Source: an uncultured Candidatus Rokubacteria bacterium
Lineage (GTDB): Bacteria > Methylomirabilota > Methylomirabilia > Rokubacteriales > DASRDR01
Direction: 5' to 3'
Assembly: GCA_963805625.1 (NCBI GenBank)
Contig: CAWDVE010000006.1
Coordinates: 1 to 20,458, forward strand
DNA length: 20,458 bases
The translations under genes were made by a program, and so were the position numbers. Numbering within the stretch: the first letter of the stretch is position 1; the number at the start of each line of letters is the position of its first letter. The notes below the pieces were generated by a model. The model worked only from the letters and a program-made list of their open reading frames with translations. It was not told where the DNA came from and made no database searches. Shown here one piece after another: positions 8,576-19,456 of this stretch.

Positions 8576-9400
8576 CTACTTCGGGAACATGAACTGCACC
8601 TGGGCGCGCAGCTGCCATTCGGGGCCGTCGTCGGGCCGCACAACGTTGTAGTACCCACCCAGCTGCATGTTCACCGGCAGCCGGCCGAAGCGGACGATCT
8701 TGCCGATACCGGCGCCGAGCGGCACCGTCCAGCGCTGGTCGCTGTCGGCGTTCCAGTTGGCCGTGATGATCGGCACCGAGTTGACGTAGACACCACCCGG
8801 GAAGTTGTAATTGACGAACGGCTGAATGAGCAGGTTGTTGTAGCTCGGGTCGCTACCCGAGCCGACCGACCACACGTTGTTGACGAGCGCACCGAACACC
8901 CACGGACTCCCCGGCTCCAGGCGCAGCACCACGGCGGTCGGCCCGAGGCCCCACCGATCGTTGCCGAGGCGATCGCTGGTGTGCGTCGGCGCCTGGAGGA
9001 TCGCGCCGGCACCCCAGATCAGGCCGGCCGCGCGGCTCGGCGAGAGGAATCCGCTGAGCTGGAAATCGCCGAGCCCCGTGGTTGAGCTCTCGTCAGGGGT
9101 GAAACCGGGCTGGGTGACGATCGGCAGAATGGTCCGCGTGATGAGGTTCCAGTCCTGGCTCAGGCTGAACGGGATGACCGGCTGGATGTTCAGGATGTTC
9201 TGCGTCCCGTTCTCCGGGCCGACGTCGAAGTTCGTGTTGTTCTGGAGCGGCACGCTGATCAGGTTGGCGATCGGGTTCTGGGTCAGCTTCGCGAGCTCCT
9301 CGGCGCTCGGCCCTTCTTGGGCCTGCACCGGCGCACCGACAGCGAGGCACAGTGCGGCGAGGACGGCGATAGCCCATGGTTTCACTCGAAACATCCGCAT
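8576..9400 (-). CDS. Exported probable outer-membrane protein (family often auto-annotated 'neuromedin U' or transporter)
   Basis: Signal peptide ending VQA|QE; ELAKLTQNPIANLISVP, NIQPVIP, LITRTILP, GLGD, QPFVNYN, WTVPLG; C-terminal VQFMFPK. Start at 9400 or 9394. Confidence 0.8.
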   Translation of the reverse strand: MRMFRVKPWAIAVLAALCLAVGAPVQAQEGPSAEELAKLTQNPIANLISVPLQNNTNFDVGPENGTQNILNIQPVIPFSLSQDWNLITRTILPIVTQPGFTPDESSTTGLGDFQLSGFLSPSRAAGLIWGAGAILQAPTHTSDRLGNDRWGLGPTAVVLRLEPGSPWVFGALVNNVWSVGSGSDPSYNNLLIQPFVNYNFPGGVYVNSVPIITANWNADSDQRWTVPLGAGIGKIVRFGRLPVNMQLGGYYNVVRPDDGPEWQLRAQVQFMFPK

Positions 9401-9529
9401 GCTTTCACCCGGGATTTCGGAAATGGACCGACTTCCGCCCCCGTGGCGACTACCGCGCAGACACGTCCCGCCCGTCAGCTCGTTCACAGCTCATTCACCT
9501 GTACTCGCTCTTCCCAGGTCGCGTGGCTC

Positions 9530-10048
9530 TCACTTGGGCTTCGTCGTTACGTACTTCAGCGTGCTTCCCTCGTACGCGGCCTGGTAGAAGTTTCCCCCGC
9601 AGTAGTAGTAGTTCACCCCGCCCACCGGCGTGGGAGTACATCCTGGAGGAAGCGCTGCAACGACGGTCCCCAGGGGCAACGCGGCCCCGGGGGCGGCAGC
9701 CGGCGGCGGGGCTGCTGCGGCCTGCTTCTGGGCCGCGGCGGTCTTCTCCTTTTCGAGCGCTACCTGCTGCTGCGCCGCGGCCGCCTGCTGCTGGGCCGCG
9801 GCGGCCTTCTCCTTTTCGAGAGCCGCCTGCTGCTGCGCTGCGGCCGCCTGTTGCTGCGATGCCGCGGCGCTGGCCTCGGCCGATGATGACCCTGCCGAGC
9901 CGACCGCGGCGCCGACGACGAAGGCGGCCCCTCGGCCACGGAACGCCTGCGCTTCGGGCACCAGTGTCACGGACAGACCCGCGATGTCCGCAATGGACAC
10001 CGCGACGAGAACAATCAGTGCTCCTGCAATCCGGTATACGGAGTTCAT
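9530..10048 (-). CDS. Small exported protein with Ala/Gln-rich coiled repeat and DUF6515-like C-terminal domain
   Basis: GGAGAAGG RBS before the ATG at 10048; signal peptide ending EAQA; C-terminal LPLGTVVAALPPGC...YYYCGGNFYQAAY...YV. Confidence 0.75.
   Translation of the reverse strand: MNSVYRIAGALIVLVAVSIADIAGLSVTLVPEAQAFRGRGAAFVVGAAVGSAGSSSAEASAAASQQQAAAAQQQAALEKEKAAAAQQQAAAAQQQVALEKEKTAAAQKQAAAAPPPAAAPGAALPLGTVVAALPPGCTPTPVGGVNYYYCGGNFYQAAYEGSTLKYVTTKPK
9728..9853. repeat. Two tandem 63-bp in-frame repeats with an internal 21-bp sub-periodicity
   Basis: Units start at 9728 and 9791 (CTGGGCCGCGGCGG...TTCTCCTTTTCGAG...); they encode two copies of approximately QQAAAAQQQAALEKEKAAAAQ. Confidence 0.85.
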
Positions 10049-10067
10049 GGCCTTCCTCCGGCGCGCT

Positions 10068-10851
10068 TCAGGGGTTGGACGGGCCAGCTGGCTGGCGTGG
10101 CAGGAAACGGATCGCGCTGGCCCCCTTGGGCGGCGCGAACTTGAACTGCGCATCGTCGACGGCAGCGTCGGTCTTCCAGTTGCTGAGGATCGTGGTGATG
10201 CTCAGGAGCGCGGGGGTGGTCGTTTCCGTGACGACATACTTGTGCGGAAACGGTCGGCTGCCTTCGGCAATCCAGACCTGGAAATCGACATCCGGGCGGC
10301 TGAAAAGCAGATGATCGCACTTGACCCCACCGATGACCGTCTTGCCGACCACCACGGCCAAGGTCACGTCCTGCATCAGCAGCGGAAAGGCATTGCGGTA
10401 GAGTAGGTCCGCGGCCGGGAGCAGGATTCCGACCGTTTCGCGTGCGAAGTCGATCATCTTCTCGATCGTGTCGGGGGCCGCTTCGGTCGCATAGACCTTC
10501 TCGGCCGGGTTGTACAAGCGTCAGGGTCTTGCCGTCATAGAAGAAGCGCTGGTCCAGGAGTTCGCCACCGCGCACCGCACGCAGCTTGTTGGGGCGCTTG
10601 ATGGTCACATTCGCCACCAGGTCTTTGTCGACGCGGTGCCCTGAAGCGTGCAACTCTTCGATAACGTTCTGCGTCTGCAGGCTAAACTGTTGCAACCCAT
10701 CGAGAAACTCGGTCATCCGTTTCAATTTCTCGACGGCCGCCGGATCCACCGCCGGCGCCTGGGCCTGGGCGTCCATAGGAGCGGTCGTCAGCAGGGTCAA
10801 TACCCCGAGGGCGAAGCAGGCCGCGGTGATCCATCTCTTCCATGCGCTCAT
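10068..10851 (-). pseudogene. DUF2092 family exported protein with a one-base frameshift at about 10517
   Basis: N-terminal part MSAWKRW...signal...KRPNKLR...FFYDGKTLTL continues as YNPAEKVYA...PAADLL...CDHLLF...DFQVWI if one T is removed from ACGCTTGTAC; RBS GAGGAAGAGG. Could be a sequencing error. Confidence 0.82.
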
Positions 10852-11040
10852 TTCATGCCTCTTCCTCGATTGATGTGGTTTGCCAACCGGACAATCCCTC
10901 TCGTACTCGGCACCCTGAGCACCCGCCGGGCCACCCGAGTCGAGTCGAATCGCAGTTGCCCGGGGAAGCGTTGCCGAGGTATCTCCGTCCACTGTTCCTC
11001 GCTGAACCTCTTGACCATCACGGCGAGGTCGGTGCCAGCG

Positions 11041-11718
11041 GGACCGCGTCTTGCCCATGCTCACCCGGCGGGGGACCTTCGCCAGCAGGGTCAGGAGACG
11101 CACCACCGGAGCGGCGGCAGCAGTCGCCAGGCCCTCGAAGAAGGCGCTCGTGCGGCCATGCCTGCGGACGCGGTCGAGAAAGGCGTCCACGGTGTTGCCG
11201 GTCAGGCTGCCGAGCGTGATTGCGCGCACATAGGCGAGGATCTCGGCCACCTGGGCGTCGCTGTAGTGCGTGCGCAGGTTCGCGATCGATTCCGGATCGA
11301 ACCGGTCGAGATGCTCCGCGTAGTGCTGGGCAAACAGGATCGCCGCGGCCTCGGCCGGGCTCTTTGCCTCAAGCGACTCGATCTGATGGCCGAGGATCTG
11401 GTTGATCTCCTCGAGCGGCACGCCGTGAGCCATCGCCCAGTGGGTGTGACCCCACTGGCAGTAGCGGCAGTCGGTCACCGAGGTCACGCCGAGCATGACC
11501 TTCTCGCGCAGCGCGGCGGAGGTCTTCGGCCTCACCAGCGCTGCGAGAAGGACGGGGCCCGAGGCCACGACGTTGGCCACCGTCCTGAAACAGTTGCCGG
11601 CGGTGAGCGTCCGCTTCGCCCTCCTCGGCGGCTTCGGCCGCGCGCTTGCGCCATCCTCGGGGCGTTGCAGGTATGTTGTTGCCATTGTCGTCGCGTCCTG
11701 CGTGGCGTCGAGGTTCAT
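11041..11718 (-). CDS. Carboxymuconolactone decarboxylase / AhpD-family protein (3' end unresolved)
   Basis: LREKVMLGVTSVTDCRYCQWGH (CxxC...H motif) and AAILFAQHYAE; the ATG at 11718 overlaps the upstream TGA (alternative start 11685); no stop before the DUF2092 start, so the lower coordinate is approximate. Confidence 0.75.
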
Positions 11719-12278
11719 CAGCTCATCCCCTGGGACGCGCCTTCCTTGATGATGATCTTCTCGGGATCGACGTCGTATACCCAGGGGGCCGAGTTCTTCC
11801 AGCCGTTTTTCATCCTCTTCCCGTGAAAGACGCTCTCGGGATCGTCCACCGTGTCTCCTTCGATCCCGTCGACGATGTTGTACGCGTTCTTGAACCCGGC
11901 CGCGGCAAGCTGATTGACCGCCATCGCGCCGCGGCCGCCTGACCGGCACGTGACCAGCAGGATGTCGGCCGGCTGGGCGATCTCCTTGACCTGGACGACG
12001 AAAGCCTTGTTCATTTGCGGTGCGTACGTGAACTTGCCGCCTTTTCTCTGGTAGCTCACGAAGGCGAACGGTATGTTCCAGGCCATCTCCGGGTGGCCGA
12101 CGAAGGCGAACTCCTCGGGGGTCCGCACGTCGATGACCTTCACCTTGTCCGGTGCGGCTTTCCACATTTCGTAGGCTTGCGCGGCGGTCACATAGAGACC
12201 GAGGGTCGTCTGCTTCATCTTGTGCAGCTTGCTGCCATCGACCGTGGCCGCGGGCTTCGGCTCTCGCTTCAACGCCAT
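11718..12278 (-). CDS. Single-domain rhodanese / sulfurtransferase
   Basis: 186 aa; IDVRTPEEF, VGHP, active-site loop CRSGGR, GFKNAYNIVDGIEG, GWKN. Confidence 0.9.
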   Translation of the reverse strand: MALKREPKPAATVDGSKLHKMKQTTLGLYVTAAQAYEMWKAAPDKVKVIDVRTPEEFAFVGHPEMAWNIPFAFVSYQRKGGKFTYAPQMNKAFVVQVKEIAQPADILLVTCRSGGRGAMAVNQLAAAGFKNAYNIVDGIEGDTVDDPESVFHGKRMKNGWKNSAPWVYDVDPEKIIIKEGASQGMS

Positions 12279-12311
12279 GAGTAACCCCCGATCTTCAGCC
12301 TGTGCTGCCGG

Positions 12312-12989
12312 TTACGGCACGTAGTTGGCGCTGGTGTCCGCACCGTAGCCGCAGCCCTGATAGGTGCAGTGCAGCTCGTCGCGAATGATGGCGGCCCAGC
12401 CGCCCGCGCGACCCGTATCCAGCGAAAGGTTCTTGGTGAGCACCTTGGTCTCGAACGTCCAGCCCTTCGGCAGGTTCTTCAGTTTGCTCCCCACCGTGTT
12501 CAGGTTGTCGGGGGTCAGGCTCGAATCGACCGCCTTGGTGTATTCCTGCAGGACCCAGACGGGGCCGCCCGGCTCGCGCAACAGATGCACGGGCTTGCCC
12601 GCGTGCCACGTCCAGATGGTATTGCGCTGGATCAACGAGGGCACGTAAGCGCTCTGGAACTGGGCCATCATTTCGGCCCCGGTCATGTCTCCGGCCCAAT
12701 TCATTTTGACACCATGAAAATCGACGGTGTCGCCCCCGGCGTAGTCCACTTCGTCCATCATCCAGAAGCGGCCGCTATTGACCGCGCACTTGTCCACTTC
12801 GAGCTCACGGGCCAGCCGCTCCGGATCGATCTTCTTGTGGTCGTCCGGGCCAACCGGGAGGGATGCCGCCGTATAGACGTGAGCCCGCTGAGTCTTGCCG
12901 ATGCCGACAAAGGCACCGAGTCCGCAGAACGCGGCACCACGGGTGTTGTTGGCGTGGACTCTGCGAGTGGGGCCTGTTTTCAGTTTCAT
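12312..12989 (-). CDS. Hypothetical protein (intact member of a locally triplicated family)
   Basis: 225 aa, GGAG RBS; ends GWAAIIRDELHCTYQGCGYGADTSANYVP, a segment conserved in two nearby relics; no signal peptide. Confidence 0.78.
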   Translation of the reverse strand: MKLKTGPTRRVHANNTRGAAFCGLGAFVGIGKTQRAHVYTAASLPVGPDDHKKIDPERLARELEVDKCAVNSGRFWMMDEVDYAGGDTVDFHGVKMNWAGDMTGAEMMAQFQSAYVPSLIQRNTIWTWHAGKPVHLLREPGGPVWVLQEYTKAVDSSLTPDNLNTVGSKLKNLPKGWTFETKVLTKNLSLDTGRAGGWAAIIRDELHCTYQGCGYGADTSANYVP

Positions 12990-13052
12990 TGTGTATCTCC
13001 ATTCCGGTGATCGGAACGCGGAAGGGCCGCGCCCCCGTGTTTGATGTTTGGT

Positions 13053-13256
13053 TTACGGGATGTAGTTGGCGCTCGTGTCCGAGTCGTAGCCGCAGGCCTG
13101 GTACGTGCAGTGCAGGTCGTCGCGGATGATCGAAGCCCACCCGTCGCTCTTCGTGGTGTCGGCCACCAGATCTTTCTCAAGCACTTTGGTCTCGGACGTC
13201 CAGACTCGGACCGCGGAGAGTGCGTGAGATCGCCCTTTCAGGTCCGACAGCGCCAC
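13053..13256 (-). pseudogene. C-terminal relic paralog of 12312-12989
   Basis: WTSETKVLEKDLVADTTKSDGWASIIRDDLHCTYQACGYDSDTSANYIP aligns with WTFETKVLTKNLSLDTGRAGGWAAIIRDELHCTYQGCGY...; the N-terminal part is missing. Confidence 0.75.
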
Positions 13257-13269
13257 GGCCCATCAACAC

Positions 13270-13668
13270 TTACTTCTTCATCTTTTTCGCGAAATGCTCC
13301 TGGACTATCTTGGCTTGCGCAGCCAACCCTCCAGCGGTGCTGAACTGGATGATCTCGGCCCCTTCCTCCGAAATGAAGTTGTGCGGAGCCGGCCAGAAGC
13401 ACACTTCCCCAGCGCGGCAAACGTCAACGGTCCCGTCAAGGTAGATGACCCTCAACGTGCCCTTCAAAACGTAAGCCCAGTGTTCAACCCCGCACAGATC
13501 GTGCGCTAGTCCCTTCCCAGCCAGAATCTGTGTGAAATCAGTCCCCGGGGCAAAGACGTGGTAGGCGCACTGCATGCCGCCCCAGTTCTCCTCCCAAATT
13601 TTGAGGCCCGGGGTGTTCTGAGTGACGATGTCGTCTACTGGGCGCATATCCGTCAATTTCTTTCTCAT
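13270..13668 (-). CDS. Cupin-domain protein
   Basis: 132 aa, AGGAG RBS; LCGVEHWAYVLKGTLRVIY, AGEVCFWPAPHN cupin motifs; visibly more AT-rich than its neighbours. Confidence 0.82.
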   Translation of the reverse strand: MRKKLTDMRPVDDIVTQNTPGLKIWEENWGGMQCAYHVFAPGTDFTQILAGKGLAHDLCGVEHWAYVLKGTLRVIYLDGTVDVCRAGEVCFWPAPHNFISEEGAEIIQFSTAGGLAAQAKIVQEHFAKKMKK

Positions 13669-13771
13669 TGTTTGCTCCTTCTGTGCCTCACCGGACCCGC
13701 GGTGATGGCGATTTGTTCAAAGCCAGACCCGGTCGCCTGGACAGACCCAATTACGCACCAACGGCCATCGG

Positions 13772-14132
13772 TTACGGTATGGAGTTGACACTCGTGTCCG
13801 AGTCGTAACCCATGGCCTGGTAGGTGCAGTGCAGGTCGTCGCGGATGATCGACGCCCAGCCGTCGCCGTACTGGCACTCGCCGTGGTCGAACGTCCAGAT
13901 GCGTCCCCGTGTTCGCGACGACCATGTCGACCCCGAACTCCTTGGCCTTCTTCTCTGGATCGGGCTTCCAGAGGAAGTCGTTCGGAGTGTTTCTGAAGTC
14001 ACGATGCTTCCGGCCATGGCCGTGCGGCCCAGGCAGCATCGCACCCTGCATGGATCGCCAGAGCTGGAACACGTCTGCACGCCGCTCTGGCGGACCTGAG
14101 CTATCGACGAGCACGCTCTCCTGTAGACGCAC
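13772..14132 (-). pseudogene. Second relic paralog of 12312-12989, internally deleted and frameshifted
   Basis: KPDPEKKAKEFGVDMVVAN (one frame) and GRIWTFD (next frame) match KIDPERLARELEVDKCAVNSGRFWMMD, then jump to DGWASIIRDDLHCTYQAMGYDSDTSVNSIP. The 5' end is uncertain. Confidence 0.7.
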
Positions 14133-14142
14133 GCTCCTCTCT

Positions 14143-14160
14143 AGTGCTCGATCCGTGCCG
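14143..14160 (-). promoter_or_regulatory. Sigma-54 (-24/-12) promoter, leftward
   Basis: Minus strand CGGCACGGATCGAGCACT: GG-N10-GC with GGCACG core; differs by one base from the rightward promoter. Confidence 0.75.
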
Positions 14161-14260
14161 GCGCGCCTCCAGATCGGTCACTGGCGGCCAAACCGCTGAC
14201 ACCGAAGGATTTCGGCAGTGTCGTGCGCGAGGGCGCTGAACAGGAGAGGAGGGTCCGGGC

Positions 14261-14296
14261 GGGACGCAATCTCGTCCCCGAGTCGATATTTCGTCT
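14261..14296. promoter_or_regulatory. Tandem palindromic enhancer (UAS) sites, left
   Basis: GACGCAATCTCGTC and GTCGATATTTCGTC; 30/36 identical to the reverse complement of 16780-16815; about 100 bp from the -24 element. Confidence 0.7.
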
Positions 14297-14324
14297 CCCG
14301 GTCGGAGTCCGTATACTCTGCGCT

Positions 14325-16712
<2,388 letters not shown>

Positions 16713-16779
16713 GTTCTCCCGGCGCACGCATTTCGCAGATTCCGGTGACGACAGACGCCGGCCGGCTCGGCACCTAGGC

Positions 16780-16815
16780 AGACGAGATATCGACTCGAAG
16801 ACGACATCTCGTCCC
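16780..16815. promoter_or_regulatory. Tandem palindromic enhancer (UAS) sites, right
   Basis: GACGAGATATCGAC and GACGACATCTCGTC; inverted counterpart of 14261-14296. Confidence 0.7.
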
Positions 16816-16913
16816 TCTGTCGCCCATCCTGGTTCTCCGAGTGATTCGGTGGGAAGACCACCCGCTCTTGACTCGCAATGAGTTAGGCCGTCGAGCCGGG
16901 TCGAGGATCGCGG

Positions 16914-16931
16914 CGGCACGAATCGAGCACT
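16914..16931 (+). promoter_or_regulatory. Sigma-54 (-24/-12) promoter, rightward
   Basis: CGGCACGAATCGAGCACT: GG at 16915-16916 and GC at 16927-16928; IHF-like CAATGAGTTA at 16876-16885 lies between UAS and promoter. Confidence 0.75.
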
Positions 16932-16941
16932 CCTCGGGGGC

Positions 16942-17289
16942 ATGATCGTCGTCGGGACGCTCAGGGTCCTGCCGGCACCGGATCGACGAGGCGAGATCCT
17001 GGAGGTCTTCCGGGCCGTTCAAGGGCCGGTGCTGGCTCAGCCCGGGTGCGTCGCCTGCCACATCTACGAGGAGCAGGGCTCGGAGCCGGCCGTCGTGCTC
17101 GTCGAGCGGTGGGAGTCCCAGGCGGCGCTCGAAGCGCACCTGCGCTCGGAGAGCTACCGCCGCATTCTCGGCGCCATCGAGCTCTCGGGCGGCCCGCCCG
17201 AGGTCTCTTTCGACTACGTGTCCGCGACGGAAGGGATGGACTTGATCGAACGGTCGCGCGCACCGGGAGGCACGACGGCGAGCCGCTGA
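16942..17289 (+). CDS. ABM-family (antibiotic biosynthesis / putative quinol) monooxygenase
   Basis: 115 aa; QPGCVACHIY, VLVERWESQAALEAHLRS are typical of the ABM dimeric barrel. Confidence 0.85.
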   Translation: MIVVGTLRVLPAPDRRGEILEVFRAVQGPVLAQPGCVACHIYEEQGSEPAVVLVERWESQAALEAHLRSESYRRILGAIELSGGPPEVSFDYVSATEGMDLIERSRAPGGTTASR

Positions 17290-17335
17290 TCGCGAACCAG
17301 TCGCTGGGTCCAGGGCGCAGGACGGAGAAAGATCA

Positions 17336-19024
17336 ATGAAGGTCATCATCGTGGGCGGAGTGGCGGGCGGGGCCTCCTGTGCGGCGCGGCTGCGCAGGCT
17401 GGACGAGAAGGCCCAGATCCTCATGGTGGAGCGCGGGCCGTACGTCTCGTACGCGAACTGCGGACTGCCGTATCACGTGGGCGGGGTGATCCCGGAGGAG
17501 TCGAGCCTCCTCCTGGCGACGGAGCCGATGTTCCGCGGCATGTTCGGCATCGAGGTGCGCACCGGCTGCGAAGCCGTCTCCATCTCGGCGAGGACGAAGA
17601 CCGTGGACCTGCGCAACGTCGCCACCGGCGCGGTCACGACCGAATCCTACGACAAGCTGGTGCTGTCGCCCGGTGCCGCCCCAATCCGCCCGCCGCTTCC
17701 CGGCATCGACCTGCCCGGGATCTTCTCCCTGAGGACCGTCCCGGACGCCCGGACCATTCGGAAGTGGCTGGAGCGCGGCACGGAGACCCGGAGTGGCCTG
17801 GACTCGTACACCGGGCTCCAGATCGTGACGAAGCCGAAGCGGGCAGTGGTGGTCGGCGGTGGGTTCATCGGCCTCGAGATGGTGGAGAACTTCGCCCACC
17901 TCGGGCTCGAGGTGACACTCGTCGAAAAGCTCGACCAGGTCATGCCGCCGCTCGACCCCGAGATGGCGCGACTCGTCGAGCGCTACATGGTCAAGCACGG
18001 CGTCAAGCTCGAGCTCAACGACGGCGTCGCCGGGTTCCGGCAGGCCGCGGACGGCTCGCTCGAGGTCCTCACGAGCTCCGGGAAGACCCACCCGGCGGAC
18101 GTCGTGGTGCTCGCGATCGGCGTGCGTCCGGAGACGGCGCTCGCCAAGGCGGCCGGGCTCGAGCTCGGCCAGCGCGGAGGCATCCGTGTCGACGAGCACA
18201 TGCGCACGAGCGACCCCGACATCCTCGCCGTCGGCGACGCGGTCGAGGTGAAGGATTTCGTCACCGGCCAGTGGACGCTCATCCCGCTCGCCGGCCCGGC
18301 CAACCGGCAGGGCCGGATCGCCGCCGACGTGATCGCCGGCCGCCAGTCGCGCTACCGCGGCACGCAGGGCACCTCGATCTGCCAGATCTTCGAGGGCGTG
18401 ATCGGCCAGACCGGGCCCAGCGAGAAGCTCCTCCGGCAGCTCGGGGACACGGACTTCGAGAAGGTCTACCTCTATGTGAACTCCCACGCGGGCTACTACC
18501 CGGGCGCCAAGATGATGGCGATCAAGGTGCTCTTCCGGAAGTCCAACGGACGCCTGCTCGGGGCGCAGGTGCTCGGCGAGGACGGCGTGCCCAAGCGGAT
18601 CGACGCCTTCGCGATGGCGATCCAGATGGGGGCGACCGTCTACGACCTGGAGGAGGCCGAGCTGTGCTATGCGCCTCCGTTCGGCAGCGCGAAGGACCCC
18701 GTCAACTTCGCGGGCATGGTCGCCGGGAACCTGCTCCGGGGCGACATGCCGCTCACCCACTGGGACGGTCATCGGGACGCGTTTCTCCTCGACGTGCGCA
18801 ACCCCCCGGAGCTCGCGGTCGAGACCGTTGCGGGGGCTGTCAACATTCCGCTGCCGCAACTCCGCGGCCGCCTCGGAGAGCTGCCCCGCGACCGGGAGAT
18901 TCACGTCATCTGCCGCTCCGGCGGGCGCGCCTACTTCGCGACGCGGATCCTGCTCCAGAACGGGTTCAAGGCCCGGGACATCTCGGGCGGCATGCTCGCC
19001 CGCTCGCACCGCGCCGCCCAGTAA
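17336..19024 (+). CDS. CoA-disulfide/persulfide reductase with C-terminal rhodanese domain (CoADR-RHD / Npsr-like)
   Basis: 562 aa; GGVAGG FAD motif, SYANCGLPY single redox Cys, GGGFIGLE NAD(P)H motif, AVGD, ELCYAPPFGSAKDPVN, rhodanese LLDVR...CRSGGR. Confidence 0.92.
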   Translation: MKVIIVGGVAGGASCAARLRRLDEKAQILMVERGPYVSYANCGLPYHVGGVIPEESSLLLATEPMFRGMFGIEVRTGCEAVSISARTKTVDLRNVATGAVTTESYDKLVLSPGAAPIRPPLPGIDLPGIFSLRTVPDARTIRKWLERGTETRSGLDSYTGLQIVTKPKRAVVVGGGFIGLEMVENFAHLGLEVTLVEKLDQVMPPLDPEMARLVERYMVKHGVKLELNDGVAGFRQAADGSLEVLTSSGKTHPADVVVLAIGVRPETALAKAAGLELGQRGGIRVDEHMRTSDPDILAVGDAVEVKDFVTGQWTLIPLAGPANRQGRIAADVIAGRQSRYRGTQGTSICQIFEGVIGQTGPSEKLLRQLGDTDFEKVYLYVNSHAGYYPGAKMMAIKVLFRKSNGRLLGAQVLGEDGVPKRIDAFAMAIQMGATVYDLEEAELCYAPPFGSAKDPVNFAGMVAGNLLRGDMPLTHWDGHRDAFLLDVRNPPELAVETVAGAVNIPLPQLRGRLGELPRDREIHVICRSGGRAYFATRILLQNGFKARDISGGMLARSHRAAQ

Positions 19025-19040
19025 CACGAGCCGGCGAGCC

Positions 19041-19451
19041 ATGGACAACCTGCTGACGCGGGGATTCGACCAGCTCCTCGGTCGACTAAGTGGACCGCTG
19101 AACTTCCGGCTGGTCGTCATGCCCACGGTGGTCACCCTCCTCGCCTTGCGAGCCGCCCGGAAGGATGCCCGCGCCGGGCGGCCGGCGTTCCTGGGGGTGC
19201 TCATCAAGGATCCCGCCGAGCGGCGTCGCCTCTTCCGCAGCGCGCTGAAGGACATCGGCCGCATCTTCATCGTGGCCATCGTGCTCGACACCGTGTACCA
19301 GCTGATGGTCTTGCGCTGGGTCTACCCCGGGCAGGCGCTGATCGTGGCCGTCGTCTGTGCCGTCATGCCGTACGCCCTGGTCCGAGGGCCCATCACCCTT
19401 GTGGCGCGGCTGCTGTACCGCAAGGTCCGCCACGCGCGTTCAGGGGAGTGA
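19041..19451 (+). CDS. Hypothetical small membrane protein
   Basis: ATG at 19041 (MDNLLTRG), 136 aa, about three hydrophobic segments; motifs GPLNFRLVVMP, KDIGRIF, LDTVYQ, PYALVRGP; tight operon spacing. Confidence 0.78.
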   Translation: MDNLLTRGFDQLLGRLSGPLNFRLVVMPTVVTLLALRAARKDARAGRPAFLGVLIKDPAERRRLFRSALKDIGRIFIVAIVLDTVYQLMVLRWVYPGQALIVAVVCAVMPYALVRGPITLVARLLYRKVRHARSGE

Positions 19452-19456
19452 CCAGC

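Noticed and set aside
10045-12165. 706-aa ORF as a single protein
   Set aside because: It is a composite of an off-frame rhodanese overlap, the AhpD gene, a spacer, the DUF2092 N-half and an off-frame tail.
12312-13862. Three ~90-bp repeats as DGR template/variable repeats or a CRISPR array
   Set aside because: Differences are largely third-position and not adenine-specific, there is no reverse transcriptase or cas gene, and spacing is about 720-740 bp with coding content.
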